NCBI GenBank assembly: GCA_013265495.1
Contig: MU057597.1
Location: 458,563-520,623, forward strand
DNA from: Vicugna vicugna
Taxonomy: Eukaryota
DNA: 62,061 nucleotides
Reading direction: 5' to 3'
The stretch's first letter is position 1. Each line of letters begins with the position of its first letter. Made by a program: the position numbers and the translations under genes. The notes beneath the pieces are model-generated. The model was not told the DNA's origin, searched no databases, and was given only the letters and a program-made list of their open reading frames with translations. Shown here piece after piece: positions 12,480-28,231 of the stretch.

Positions 12480-13779
12480 ATATACAGCAGCTTCTCTTCA
12501 ATGGACAAAGTGACCCACACTTCCCCTGCAACATGCCTACCAGATCACCAAGCCCTGGGAACGGGCCCCTCTCCTCCCATGAAAACCCCCAGTCCCCGAG
12601 CGCCCTGCCCGCTCTGTTCACAGTCAGGTGGCAGAGCGCCCTGTCCTGGAACCCACAGTGGCCTCTCCACAGAGGGCACCTGAACACAGCAAGCAGGTGA
12701 ATCACGTCAGCTTTACCTTGGTCTCTGCCCCTCTCTGATGCTAATTCGCGTAAAACTTGGTAACTCAGGGTCCTTGTTTTTCCAGGGAACATGGATGTGA
12801 ACTAACCACACCCAATGAAGTCAGCCCCTTCATCCATTCCTTCCCAAAGATCATGAAAAGCCTGTAATGAAGTAAGATCAAGACTTCAAATTTCAGGCGT
12901 AAAGGCATTAATAGTAATGTAGCCTTTTAAAGAAAACTGAAATAAATAAACACTTATACACTGAAGATGCGCGCTATTTCCTCACACGTCCTTATCTGCC
13001 ATACACATGTCATCAATCCTGGCACAGTGTGACTTGTAACGATTCTGCAGTATGTACCACTGCAACCTCATCTCTGACCACCAGAGACTTTTATCCCTAC
13101 TTTGGATTCTCTGATGTGTGGCTGGTTGTAAAAACTGCTCAGAAAATTTACAAATTCATTCTGTTTGTAAGGATTCCCCCAAAGTGAGTTCTCTGGCAAA
13201 ACATGAGGACATACCATCTCCTAAAGGTGTCTCATGTCCAGTATACATGTATAGTTTCTGCCCTGCGTGGATTCTCTCATTATGCCAAAGGTGCAGGTAC
13301 TTCATGAAAAAATTTAAAACATTCATTAAATTGGTAAGCTTACTTTTCAACATAAATTCTCTACGTTCCAGTTTTGATCCTCAGATACAAGTCTTAGCAT
13401 ACATACTGCTATCATGGGCTGTCTCTCAAAAATATACATTTTTATGTAAAAATGTAAAAAACTGTAAAAGAAAAAATACACTGTGAAGTCTAGCCCATTG
13501 TGAGACCTGGCTAAAGCCTCTGCCCATATTTTTTCCGTTCTCTTCAATGGGGACTCTCCGTCCTTGCACAGTACTTGAACACGAGTCAAGGTCTGCACTC
13601 ACTGCATTTGTAAAGTGTTGCTCCAGCATGTTCCCCAACCTGGGATCTTTGTTCCAATCCTTGACCCACACATTAGTGTAGTTTTTGTCCAGGATAAGTA
13701 TTCTTGTACCTAGTGACAAGTGAACAATAATTTGACACTTTGCTGCATTCGTTCCATTTTTAAGTATGAAGTATTTGGT

Positions 13780-15415
<1,636 letters not shown>

Positions 15416-17030
15416 CTGTAAGATATGAAAAAAATAGGTATCTTGTTTATCACAATTCATTAATAAAGGTTTCAGGCTGAATACATGGTATTACACCAAA
15501 AGTAATACTTACACTGAGCAGTCACAAAGCTTCCCAATCATAATCTAAAATTCTCAGGGACACGAATGGAGTAGTGTTCTTTAATAAAAAATAGTCACAT
15601 GTAAGTCTAATTAACTTAAGGACTGTCTAGTTTCAAGCACCCTATGACAAAAACATTCACACTGTGCTGACTCATGTTAGCTCTCAGAGAAAGGGTATTT
15701 TTCCACCACACCCCAGAGCACATACCTTTTAAAAGTAAACACGCTGCAGAGAAAGAATATTGTACTACACATGTGTTCTGCAGACTTATTGTGCATAAAT
15801 ACATGCTAAAGTACAAGCAATGTATCCTAACAGTAAAGAAACCAAAACAAGCTTATCTAATATAACTTACCTAAATAACGGGCAGTTTGAAACTGCAAAG
15901 CAAATAAAGCACAGAGAAAATGAGGAATTTGTTAAAACAACTCTTAAGCAAAATGTTTCTAAATATGTTAACAAAACTCTGTACCCATGAAGAATAGGCA
16001 TTTAACAACATTAACAAGTGATCCATATCAACTGTACTGCATAATATGTTGAAAGGCAATCATTTGTAAACCACAATTTAAAATTATTAAATAAAATATT
16101 CTCCAGTTACACAGCAGCCAATCAGGAGACCCATCACTACATGACCCTTACATTATCCATCTCACTGATTCCAAACATGCGTAATACAAAGCGATCACTT
16201 ACTAATAGATTGACTGACTAGGGTCAGGCACAACGTGGCTGAGAACAAACTGCAAAATAAAAACACACAAGATGCAGTGTAGACAATGGGATAGTTCATG
16301 ATAAACATGAAAGCACGTTAATGTGTCTTTTCCTACAAAATGAACTTCTGAGTCTTTTCACTGTAGAAAATACACTATTCTAAGCCACCTAACAACACTC
16401 GTGCGTTTTAAAAGGCTTGAGATAAATTAACCACGATTTTTCAAATAGGGGCACTAATCTCACAAGTTGCATGAATGTAGCTCCAACTCACATGCAAGCA
16501 GTGGGGCAGCAGGACTGGAACCTGGACCTGCAGACTTAGACGGCATAGTCTCATGGCTGCCCACCCAGGCAGGACGGATTACGAGAAACTACAGCAAAAA
16601 AGCAGGAGTCTAGGAAGAAAACTGCAACAGAGGATCAAGGAGGGAGATGTGCAGCTCACGTTACTCAGCCGCCCCTCCCCTCCTGGAGACAGTTTCTGAG
16701 TCATCACGGTGGATTCAGCTTGTGTCCTGAGAAAGCTGTTCAGTGGACGACGAAGGGTGACTCTGACAGGGTAGGCAGCCTGCGAAGGTGTAGGGATGCG
16801 TGAGGGAGGGCTGCGGGAACCGGGGAACTCACGAGAATGACTTAAACATGGTAGGAAGTAGCGGTGTGTCCATCTGCACTGAGGTGTCATGTCAGGGAAG
16901 GCCAGGCATGGGACAGGGCCAGAGCGCAGCACAGGGAGTGACGGGCCTGCGAAAGCACGGCCTGTGCCGCACCCCTGAGGGAACGTCCCTGCGTGAGAAC
17001 CACTGAAATACTGAGAGCAAAGGACAAGGA

Positions 17031-17158
17031 GGGGAGGGCGGAGCTCAGTGGCAGAGCGTGTGCTCAGCATGCACAAGGTCCTGGGTTCAATGCCCAGGAC
17101 CTCCAGTAAATAAACAAATAAACCTAATTACCTCCCTCCTTGCAGAAAAAAAGAAAAG
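17031..17158 (+). mobile_element. tRNA-Ala-derived camelid SINE (vic-1 type)
   Basis: ggggagggcggagctcagtggcagagcgtgtgctcagcatgcacaaggtcctgggttcaatgccc with A/B boxes and an A-rich tail. Confidence 0.85.
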
Positions 17159-17159
17159 A

Positions 17160-17250
17160 GGGAGTGGGTAGAGCTCAGTGGTAGAGCACGTGCTTAACAC
17201 GCACGAGGTCCTGGTACCTCCACTTAGATAAGCAAACAAACCAACCAACA
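17160..17250 (+). mobile_element. Second vic-1-type SINE, head-to-tail with the first, internally deleted
   Basis: gggagtgggtagagctcagtggtagagcacgtgcttaacacgcacgaggtcctgg; B-box segment missing. Confidence 0.8.
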
Positions 17251-17254
17251 GGCC

Positions 17255-18192
17255 TTTCAACATCTGAAAACCTTCCAACGTAAAAGAGCATCTTAACACA
17301 ATGACACAGAAATACACGATCATCTCGAGTGAAGGAGAAAAAGCATTTGAGAAAAGTCAACAGCCTTGCTTGATAAAAATACTCAATAAACTAAGAATAG
17401 AAAGAAACTACCGACACAGTAAAGGACATATGTTAAAGTCCACAGCTAGTAACACCACACTCAATGGTAAAAGACGGAAAACTTTTCCTCTAAGATCAGA
17501 AACAGGACAAGGATACCAGTGTTCTCTATTTCTAAAAACATATTACTAGAGGTTCTAGTAAGAACAAATAGGCAGAAATAAAAATAAAAGATACCCAAAT
17601 AGAAAAAAGAAGAACTTTCTCTGTTTACAACCAACATGATCTAAACTGTAGAGAAAACAGAAGATTCCACAAAAAAATCCTTGCTGGAAATTATGAATGA
17701 ATTCAGAAAAATACAAGATGAAAATAAAATAATGGGTGTAACTTCATCTAAGCAGGGAAACATTTTGACACTGTTACCTAAATACACGGGCAAAAAATAT
17801 TAGGAAAGACACCAATAAATGCGAAGATATCCCAAGTTCACGGACTGGAAGACAATATTGTCAAGATGTCAATACCACCCAAAGTGATGAACAGACTCAA
17901 CACAATCCTTGGCAAAATCCCAATAGCTTTTCTTGAAGAAACAGGTAAGTCCGTCCTAAGCTTTGTAGGCAATCTCAAAAGATTCTCAGTAGCAAAAACA
18001 AGACTGAAAAGAAAAAAGCCAGAGGTCTCACAATTATTTCAAAATTATCACAACACTCAATCAGAGCAGTGTGGCACTGGCATACACAGACACTAGTGCA
18101 ACAGAACAGAGACATCAGAAATGAACTCGTGTCTATGTGGTCCAGTGACGTTCCGCAGGGTGTCAGGACCACTCAGCGGGGAAAGGCCAGCC
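17255..18192 (+). mobile_element. Old L1 ORF2 fragment, left part (continues at ~22195-22550)
   Basis: gaaaaagcatttgagaaaagtcaacagcc, ttttcctctaagatcagaaacaggacaagga; ends at ggggaaaggccagcct and the consensus resumes near 22195. Confidence 0.8.
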
Positions 18193-21100
18193 TACTGAGC
18201 TGTGCTGAGAGGAGGAGAAGGATCCTGAGCCCGCCTCCTCCCACAAACAGATCAAAACCACGTCCCCACGTGTGACAATTCCCGCAGAACCACCACCGAA
18301 AGCTTACAGAAGATCTCATACAACCAAAGCTGCAAGATCGATCACTACATGACCGGTTAGGACAAAGGGATGGGAACTGCATGTCCAGGAGGGAGCTGTG
18401 AAAGAGGAAACTCCTCCCCTGGCTGACAGGTCTGCCGGGACGGGGAGGGAGCTTTGGAGGCGTGAGGCACCCGCAGGAGCTGGCTCGTGGCCAGGCAGCG
18501 GAGAGAGAGAGCAGCGCAGACGGGTCTTGAGACATCGCCGCACTTCCCAGCCCAGTCGTGACTGGGAGTGGCAACCTGGGCTTTAGCAGAGAGACTCGAT
18601 GAGAGGACTGGGTTGGGCTGTGTGGAGACAGCCTGGAAGGTCCTGGAGTGTGATGGAGGGGCTTCAACTGGGGGTGTGCACAGGACAGAGCGAGGGACCA
18701 CCATAGGAGCCCCATTATCAATGCACAAAGGAGGGCGTGGGTGCGCTGACAGTGGGGCATGGCTCCAGCCGTCGCGGGCTCTGGGCCACACACGTGAGAG
18801 GTGTTCAGAGTGTGCACGCATCACCAGAGGAGCATGTGAGGACGGCACCAGCCGCAGCGGACTCTGTGGGCTCCCCCACACAAAGGCGGGGCTGAGATCT
18901 GAGCTGGTTACCAGCTCTGCTGCAGCGGAGGTGGGCCTGGGAGCAGCACCAGTGACAGTGGACTTTGCAGGCACACACTCCGGGTGGCGTCACACGAGTC
19001 ACACATCCCATCGGACAGCTCCGGGGGAGAAACACGCAGGAGCTCCTTCCCCAGCAGGGGTGCTCCAGTCCCGCCTGCTTTACACCATGGTTTAGCACTG
19101 CATCTGGGGGCTTCTACTCCAACAACTGGGGGGCAGACCCTGCCCCCGACCAGGCTGTGACAATCACCGAGCGAAGAGGAGGCCCTGCCACACATCCAGT
19201 GCAGGCTCTGGTCACCGCAACACCAAACACACCACCCACCAAGAGGACGGCAGCCAGCACACGCTGATGAAAGACGCGCAGGCATCCACACCAAATCAGC
19301 CCTCGCACCAGGAATACTGGACTCGGTCCACTCAGGGATGCTCGCACATAAAACAGCCCTTCAGGACCACAGCAGACAACCGGTGCTCCTAAATCCATAC
19401 ACTCAGAGGGCTGTAAGTAAAATGAAGCAGCAGAGGAACTACTCACAGTTAAAAGAATGAGATGAATTTTGAAACAATGAACAGACCTGTCCAGCCTATC
19501 AAACTCCAAGATCAAGAAGGAGGTTAAAAAAGCTGCTAAAGGAATTCAGACAGACTACTGACAGAAACGCAGATCCCTGCAGCAAGGAATGAGATATAAA
19601 GAGGGGCCAATCAAAACCACCCAGCTCACAGGTCCGTGCTTGTCTGGGGACAACATAGTGCAGTGGTCAGGGCAGAGGCTGAGCCTGGAGCCGCAGGGCC
19701 GTGGAGGGGGCGGTGGGGCAGAGAGGAGCTCCACGGGGCGACGCTGCACCTGCCGGGCTCCAGGGCCGTGGGAACCACCGGCAGGGCTGGCCCCGAGGAC
19801 ATGCTCGCATCTCTCACGTCACCTTCCGCTCTGAGATCTCGTGACAAGGGGCTGGGCTCAGTGGTGGGGGGTATGGCAGTGGGAGCAGGGTTTACAAACA
19901 CCCCCCTCTCCCTCCTAGTGGGCCGGCTGCTGCCTAGAAGGCTTCCAGCCACCACGGAAAAGGCCATCGGCCAGGTGCACCCTCTCCACACCCAGGCTGC
20001 CAGTTTGAGGCAATTTCCCCACAGTCACCTGCTGCACGTAAGTAAACAGTCTGTGATGTGGTTCATTGGGCCTCTAATGTATTAACATTTAGTTGAACCC
20101 CCGTGTGAACTGTCAAATTACTGCGTATTCCTCTGCCTAAAGCAGAAAGGACAGGGCCCTCATCACACTTCCAGGCCTGTGTTTCATCAGTATAAGCAGG
20201 TGACGTGAGACTGTATACAGAAAACCCTGAAGACGCCACACAGAAACTACTAGAGCTGATACGTTCAGCAAGGCAGCAGGACGCAAGGCTAGTGCACAGA
20301 CGCCTGCTGCGTTTCTCTGCGCTAACAATGAAGCAACAGAAAGAGAAAGTTAAAAAAAAATCCCTTTTAAAATCACGTTAAAAAACAACAAACAAAAAAC
20401 AAGAAAAACTTAGGAATAAACTTGACTGAGGAAGTGAAAGACTTACACACTGAGAACTATGAAACTCTGATACAGGAAACTGAAGATGATCCAAAGAAAT
20501 CGAAAACCATCCCATGCTCTTGGGCGGGAAGGATTAACGTTGTTAAAATGGACGTACTACCAAAGCAGTCTACAGATGTCATGCAGTCCCTAGCAAACTA
20601 CCCATGACATTTTACAAAGAACTAGAACAAATAATCCTAAAACTTACATAGAACCAAAAAAGACCCAGAATTACCCAGAAAGTAAGAATGAGGAAAAAGA
20701 ATCAAAGTTAGAGGCATACCCCTCCCAGACTTCAGACAATACTGCAAAGCTACAGCAATCACAACATAGCACTGGGACAAAAAGAGACTAGATCACCAGA
20801 ACAGAACACAAAGCTCAGAAATAAACCCACACAACTACAGTGAAGTAACTGTCAACAAAAGCGGCAAGAGTATACAACGCAGGAAAGACAGTCCCTCTGC
20901 CAAGCTGTGCTGGGAAAACTGGACAGCTGCACGTGTATCAATGGAGTCAGAACACTCCCTCACACGACACATTAAACTAAACTCGAAGTGGCTTAAAGAC
21001 TCAAAGATGAGACAAGACACCAAAAATCTCCTATAAAGTGACACAGGCAAAACATTCTGACATATTGTAGCAGCATTTTCTCAGATCAGTCTCCCAAGGT

Positions 21101-22190
21101 AAATGAAACAGAAGCAAAAGTAAACAAATAGGACCTAATCAAACTTACAAGCTTTTGCACAGGAAAGGAAACCATCAACAAAATAAAAAGAAAACATATG
21201 GACTGGAAGAAAATATGTGAAAATGATGTGACTGACAGGGCTTAATTTCCAAAATATACAAAAAGCTCAGAGCTCTGTATCAACAAACAATCCAATCAAC
21301 AAACAGGTAGAAACCCTAAGTAAACATTTCTCCAGAGAAGACATACCAACAGGCACATGAAAAGATGCTCAACATCGGTAATTGTTAGAAAATGCAAATG
21401 AAAACTACAATGAGGTATCACCTCACACCGGTCAGGATGGCCATCACTGAAAAGGCCACGAGTAATAAATGCTGGAGACGGTGTGGAGAAAAAGGACCTG
21501 TCCTACGCTGTTGGTGGGAATGTACCTTGGTGCAGCCACTATGGAGGACACTATGAAGGTTCCTTAAAAAAAATGAAAATAGGGTTACCCCATGATCCAG
21601 CAATCCCATTCTTATGTGACTAGAAAAGACAAAAACTCTAATTTGAAGAGATAGATACATGCAACTCAATGCTCCCAGCACCACTATTTACAAGAGCCAA
21701 GATGTGGAAGCAACCTGTGTCCACTGAGACATGAAAGGATTAAAAAGAATGAAATGTTGCCATTTTCAGCAATGTGGACAGACCTATGGATCATTACACT
21801 AAGTAAAGTAAGTCAGACAGAGAAAGACAGATACATGATTAACATTTACATGTGAAATCTAAAAAACGCAAATAAATGAATTTATTTACAAAACAGAAAC
21901 AGACTCACTGACACAGAAAACAAACATGGTTGCCAAAGGGGAAAGAGGGGGAGGGATAAATTAGGAGCATGGGATTAGCAAATACACACTACTATATACA
22001 AAATAGACAACAAAGATTTACTGTACAGCACAGGGAACTATATTCAATGTCTTATAATAACCTATAATGAAAAAGAATATGAAAAAGAATATATATATGG
22101 ATCACTTTGCTGTATACCTGAAACCAACACAATACTGTAATTCAAGTATAGTTCAATAACAATAAATGAATAAATAAGTAATTTATACAG
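18193..22190 (+). mobile_element. Younger L1 nested in the older L1: GC-rich 5' UTR, ORF1 start, internal deletion with non-L1 filler, ORF2 3' end and 3' UTR
   Basis: 5' UTR-like start (gaggaggagaaggatcctgagcccgcctcctcccacaaacagatcaaaa); ORF1 start ATGAAGCAGCAGAGGAACTACTCACAGTTAAAAGAA at 19422; ORF2/3' UTR motifs 20200-22170; A-rich tail. Confidence 0.8.
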
Positions 22191-24184
22191 TGAATTTAAA
22201 AAAAGTTGTTGAGGAAATGAAATATCCATATGCAAAAAATATAGCTGGAACATTACCTTACACTTATATACAAAAATTAACTGAAAATGGATCAAAGACC
22301 TGAACATATTAAAGTCCTACAAGTAAACAAGGGAATAGCTTATTGACATTGAATTCAGTAATGACTTATCGGCTATAATAACGAAAGCACAGGACATAAG
22401 GTAAAACTATAAATTGGACAACATCAAAATTCCAAACTCTAATGCATCAAAGCACACTCAGTCAAGTGAAAAAACACTCTATGGATGGGAGAAAATATTT
22501 GCAAATGATGTATCTGTAACAGGTAAATATTGAGAATATATACAGAACTCTAAAAGGGTCTGATCATTAACTCCACCATGGGAGGTCACTCCTCAATTCA
22601 ATCTTCCCACATATTGAAATATACAAGAACACTAAGAACAGCATCAGAAGTACAGACCTAATGATTAAATAAACAAAAATCAAGACCACATATAACGCAT
22701 AGAAATGTATAAAATGAAAAATGAAAGCAGCAGTGCCTTAAACAAAAATTATCGCTTATCACCAAAGGTATCACACCATTTTATAAGCTCTCTCATTAAG
22801 ATGCTTTAAGATTTGCTGCTGAGATGGAATGAATTATGGAACACTCAGGAGACAAAATAAATGTGGCACCAACAATTTAGTCAACAGCATCACAGATACA
22901 GGACAAGAACTTGGACGATGCTGTTCCTAGGAGAAATTCCTGCACCATGTACCGAGGCTCGTAAGAGATAGTCATTATTATGTGACCAACATTGTCACAG
23001 TGGCCTGAAGACATGCTGCTGTGACATTCCTCAAAACCAGGAAAAAAAATAAAAATGGAAAGACTTACCAGTCACAGCATACCTTCCACCTCACACCTAG
23101 CACGTGCTCCCTACTCCACCGAGCAGCTCCAGCTGGTGACTCCGTATGTGCCTAGGAAATACTGCGACATATGAGGGAAAGCGTTCTCCATACAAATTCT
23201 CTGTTACCCAGCAAACCCACTCCAGACTCCACCAGAAGGTGTCCACCGAATAAAAGTGGACTGTTTCAACAAAGAAACTCGATACAATTTCAGACTCCAG
23301 GAACGTGTATTTTAAAAGCAAGAATCAGAGGCAAATCAAGACAACTTAAAAGCACGTGAAATCAGGAAGCGCCTACACTCCCCAACGAGGAAGGGCATTC
23401 TAAGAGGGAAAACAATACAAGGCATGTGGGTCAGATGTCACAGGACCCTGGCGTGGGACCACGTTCTCTACCCTCGGCTGCCAAGCTAAGAGATTCACAT
23501 GCCCCCGACACAGGACTGGGCATGAAACGGAGGGTCCCTCTGTCCACTGTCCACACAGTTGTCCTAAGCAACAATCACAGTAGGTCCAACCCACTGTGCT
23601 CTGACACACATCGCTGGAGTGTGTGCGAAAAGCGGAACAGAAGAAATGGCTGAGCGGTTAAATAAGCAGCCAAGGTCTGAGGCGACAGACAGAATTAAAG
23701 ACCAGTCAGTGTTTCCCCAACTTCTGATCAGGTCTTCTCAGAACATCAAATGGGGATGGAATTGGCATTGGGTTCAAGGGCTGAACTCAGGAGGCATCAG
23801 CTCTGAGCTGTATGGACTAAGAATTGAGCGTCCGATGGAATCAAGTCCCGAAGGAGAGATGAGGAGGCGAGAGACCCCTTTAAACCAGCCCTCCTCACGC
23901 TTCTCGAAGTCAAGCAAGAACAAGTTCACAGAAGTCAGATGACAAAGTGCATCAGATCATGATCAAGACCTCGCCTCCACTGGAGCTGCAGCACCCCCGG
24001 AAGGCAAGTGAATACATTTCACATATTGAAGGACAGACAGAGTGACAAGTTGGAGAGAAGAAAGATTTCCTCCTAGAGTCTGTAAGGAATAAACTTCTGT
24101 TTCCCCCTAGAACCCTCCCACAATGGGAGAGTTTCCCAAACACTATTAATACTGTGGCTCCCTCTCTGCCCTTCTGAGATCTGG

Positions 24185-24310
24185 TTGTGTTCACATGTTT
24201 TACATACTCCCAGCCACTTGGTTTTTTGATATATTCATGTCACTCTTCAGTCCAGGGCTCATTCTCTTGCTTCAAAATGGGGTTACTATTCAGATCAGAA
24301 ACAGAAATTC
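24185..24310 (-). pseudogene. Degenerate KRAB-B exon of gene B
   Basis: cag|GA ATT TCT GTT TCT GAT CTG...EPWT, then a 2-bp loss giving GAA GAG TGA. The donor reads acaa|cc instead of acag|gt. Confidence 0.8.
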
Positions 24311-24775
24311 CTGCTTATCAGAAGTAAGAAATGTGAAGTGCTGTGGCTCTTACAGAATCCCAGCTCTTTGTTCAGCTGTGGAAGTGAGGACATCACAGAT
24401 GGGTCTAGAAAAACACCTGACAGCTTCATCCATGCTGCCCCCTTCTGAACGCACAGAGAACAGCATAATATGCAGGCATCCAGCTCTCGCCCTAGAACTA
24501 GTGAATCAAAAGCACAGGAGTAGAAAACAGGACACTGGGTGTTTTAGAAGTTTCCCATTGGGCTTTATAAACACTTTAGCTCTGGAACAATCCCTGACGT
24601 AATGCGAAATGGGCAGATCACCTGAAGGAAAGTGAAGTTTAAACCCCTGACACCGCATCATGAAGCTTGTCACGTCTGAGTCAACAGGCGTTTCCGTTCA
24701 GTCAAGCAAAACAGAGGCTCCCAGGAGGCACACAGGGAAAATGCAAAGACACCCAAGGGAAGATCCCAACTTCTA

Positions 24776-24937
<162 letters not shown>

Positions 24938-25559
24938 TCACTAAAGGGTCATGAATAGGTTTTTTATTTGCACACAATGTGAAGAAGAGGAGAGAGGTGT
25001 CATAATCAATTCAGTTGGAATACGTGTATGGCAGAGACATGTGAAGGCACTGGGGCAACTTCTGCACCTCTCATTTCTTCTGTTTTCATAGGAGTATGAT
25101 GCCCTCCAATCAGTGTGGAGTTTTCGTTTGTCGACAATACACAAACTACATACAAATAAAATTGAACACTGGGTTGTCTACACAGATACTATATTCTACA
25201 CAATGACATATTCAATATCCAGATAAACTACATTGTGTGTGGTGTTTTAGAGGTGACGAAGTCCAGAGCAGATTTGAAGAAAGGTCAGAATCTTAAATTA
25301 TGGTTAGTAACAACAGTAACGACTAAGGGTATCTGAACACGTCCTCTGTGATACGCATTAGTCTGAGCGCTTTAGAGGCATCGCCTTGTCATCAACATGA
25401 CAGCTCATCAGACACAGGTGTGCACGTTCCCGTTGCACAGAGGGGAAAACCGCGTCAGAGACACTCAGAGAAACTCAGCTCAGGTCAACAGATAAGCAGT
25501 GACACAGCAAGCACCTGAGCTCAGGTGGCCGAGACCTGGCACTGAAGCTGAAAGTGTTG

Positions 25560-28200
25560 AAGAACTAGAACTGTTAAAATTCACAAATCTAAGGACATGG
25601 ACAGGCTAAAAGTAAAAGGATGGGAAAAGATAGTCCATCTTAAAGAGAGCAGGCATGGGTATATAAAATCAGACAAATAAATTCAAAAGAAAAGCTGACG
25701 CAAGTGACAAGGGACAGGTGACATTATATAACTAAAAGAAGATACAACAATTATATATACACACACTTATCGAACATCAGAGCTCCTCAAAATATGAGGC
25801 AAAAATTAACAGAAATGAAGAGAGAACAGACCGCAATACAGTACTATGTCAGTTTCATTTGTGGATAGAATCACATAGCAGATCAATAAGGAAACAGAGA
25901 ACTCCAGTAACACTACAGGCTGACTGGGTGTAACAGACATGTACATAGCACATCACCCAGCAACAGCAGGAAGGACAGTCCCCCAGCCACCCGCAGACCA
26001 CTCTCCGTAACGGACTACATGCTGGGCCACAAAAAAATCTGAACAAACTTAAGAAGATTAAGATCATAAAAAGTATCTTCTCTAATCATAACGAAATGAA
26101 AACAGAAATAAACAGCAGAAGGAAAAAAATCCAAAATGTGAAAATTAAACAACTCATTCCTGAAAAACCAATGTGTCAAAGAAGAAATCACAAGAGAATT
26201 TTTCAAATATCTGGAGGAAAATAAAAATATGACATATCAAAATTTATAATACACAGCGAAAGCTGTGCTAAAAGGGAAGTCTACACTGAAAAATGGTTAT
26301 AGTCAAATAAAGATCTCAAATCAGAAATCTATTTTTTCACCTAAAGGTAATAGAAAAAAGAACAAAGTAAACCCAAATTTAGCAGAAGAAAAGAGGTAAA
26401 TAAGAAAAATTAGACCACAGATAAATGAAATAGAAAACAGAAATATATACATGCAAGTTAACAAACCAAGAGTTGATGTTTTGAAAAAATTAAATTTACA
26501 AACTAAAAAACAAAGAAGATTCAAATAACCTATAACATATAAAAGAGGAGAGACTGCAACTGCTGTCACAGAACATTTTTTAAAGAATTGTAAGGGAGTG
26601 TAATATACAATAATAGGCCAAAAAATTACACAGTCAGGGAAATTCTTAGAAACATGTAACCTGCTAAGCATTAATCACTAAGAAATAAAAAAATATCTAA
26701 ACAGAATTATAACTGAAGAGATTCAAGCAGTAATCAAAAACTTCAAACAAAGAAAACCTAATACCAGATGGCATCACTCCTGGAAATCTACCAAACATTT
26801 ACAGAAGAATTACCTCTAATCCTGATAAAAATCTTCTGAAGAGTTGAAGAGGGAACACTGGCAAACTTATTCTATGGAGCTGGCATGACTGTGATACCAA
26901 ATCCACAGAAAGACACAAGGAAGGAGAACTAAGAACCAATATCCCTGATGAATACTGATGCAGACATCATGAACACAACACTAGCACACTAAAGTCACAG
27001 CAAAGTAAAACAATTTTACCTCATGACCAGGTGGAATTTATTCCTGTAAGGCAAGCATTAATCAATATACAAAAATTACATTAATATACCACATTGACAG
27101 AATAAAGGGAAAAACAACACACAGTCACCTCAACTGATTCAGAAAAAAAGCACTTGACAAAATTCAACAACCTTTCAAGATAAAAACACTCAACAAACTA
27201 AGAACAGTAAACTATCTCAACATGAAAAATGACATACAGGAAAAGAACAGTTAACATCATACTCACTGGTGAAAAAGTGAAAGTTTTTCCTCAGATAAGA
27301 AGGCAAGGATGCATATTCTGCACTACTGTTCAACAAAGTACTGAAAATCTTAGCCAGAGGAACTAGACAAGAAAAAAAAAAGCCAACATTTATTCAAACT
27401 GAAAAAAGGAAAATTACCCCTTTTACGTAAAAATTGTAAAAGATTCCACAAGAAAACTGCTACATCAAATAACAGTTTTAGAAAAAGTGAAGGACACAAA
27501 ATCAACACGCAAAAATCAGTTGCATTTCTATACACAGTGCAATGTCAGATGAAAACTAGGAAACAATCTCTTTTCTACAGCATCAAAAAGAATTAAATAC
27601 TTCAAAATAAATCAGCCAAGGAGGTGAAAGACCTGTATGCTGAGAACTACAACTGTTGCTAAAAGAAATGTAAGATGATACAAATAAACAGAAAGACATC
27701 CTAAGCTCGTGGGCTGGAAAACTTGCAATGCCTGGAAAACGCTAAGTGCTCTACAGAGTCAATGGAATCCTTATCAAAATTCCAATAGCAATTTTTGCAG
27801 AAATTGAAAAACACCACATGAAATTCATAGGGAATCACAAGGGACCCCAAAAAGTCAAAATACTTTTAAAAAAGAAGAAAGATGGAGGCCACCCTTTTTC
27901 AGATTCAAAACATATTACAAACACACTAATTGAGATAGTGTGGTACTGGCATAAACACAGAGACATAAACCAATTAGAAAACTCAGAAATAATCCTTGGA
28001 ATACATGGAAAATGCACTGACAAGGGTACTGAGTCTACACCACGGGGAAAGGACAGTCTCAGTAACAAATGGTGCTGGGAAACTGGACACCCACGAGCAA
28101 CAGGATGAAGCCAGAACCTCACCTGCCTCAAACAGAGAAACTTCTGCGTTTCAAGGGGTACAGTCAACACAGTGAAAAGGCAACCTCCAAGCAACGAGAG
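25560..28200 (+). mobile_element. Degenerate L1 ORF2 (endonuclease to RT), antisense in a gene B intron
   Basis: aggctaaaagtaaaaggatgggaaaagata, ccaatatccctgatgaatactgatgca, aacaaatggtgctgggaaactgga; many stops and indels. Confidence 0.85.
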
Positions 28201-28231
28201 TGATGAGAATGAATTAAGGAATCTCCAAGCA

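Noticed and set aside
17031..17105. tRNA-Ala-like sequence
   Set aside because: Degenerate stems and an A-rich SINE tail indicate a SINE, not a tRNA gene.
18173..19515. Cluster of overlapping 100-214 aa ORFs and a CpG-island-like region
   Set aside because: GC-rich L1 5' UTR, poor in stop codons; no recognisable protein.
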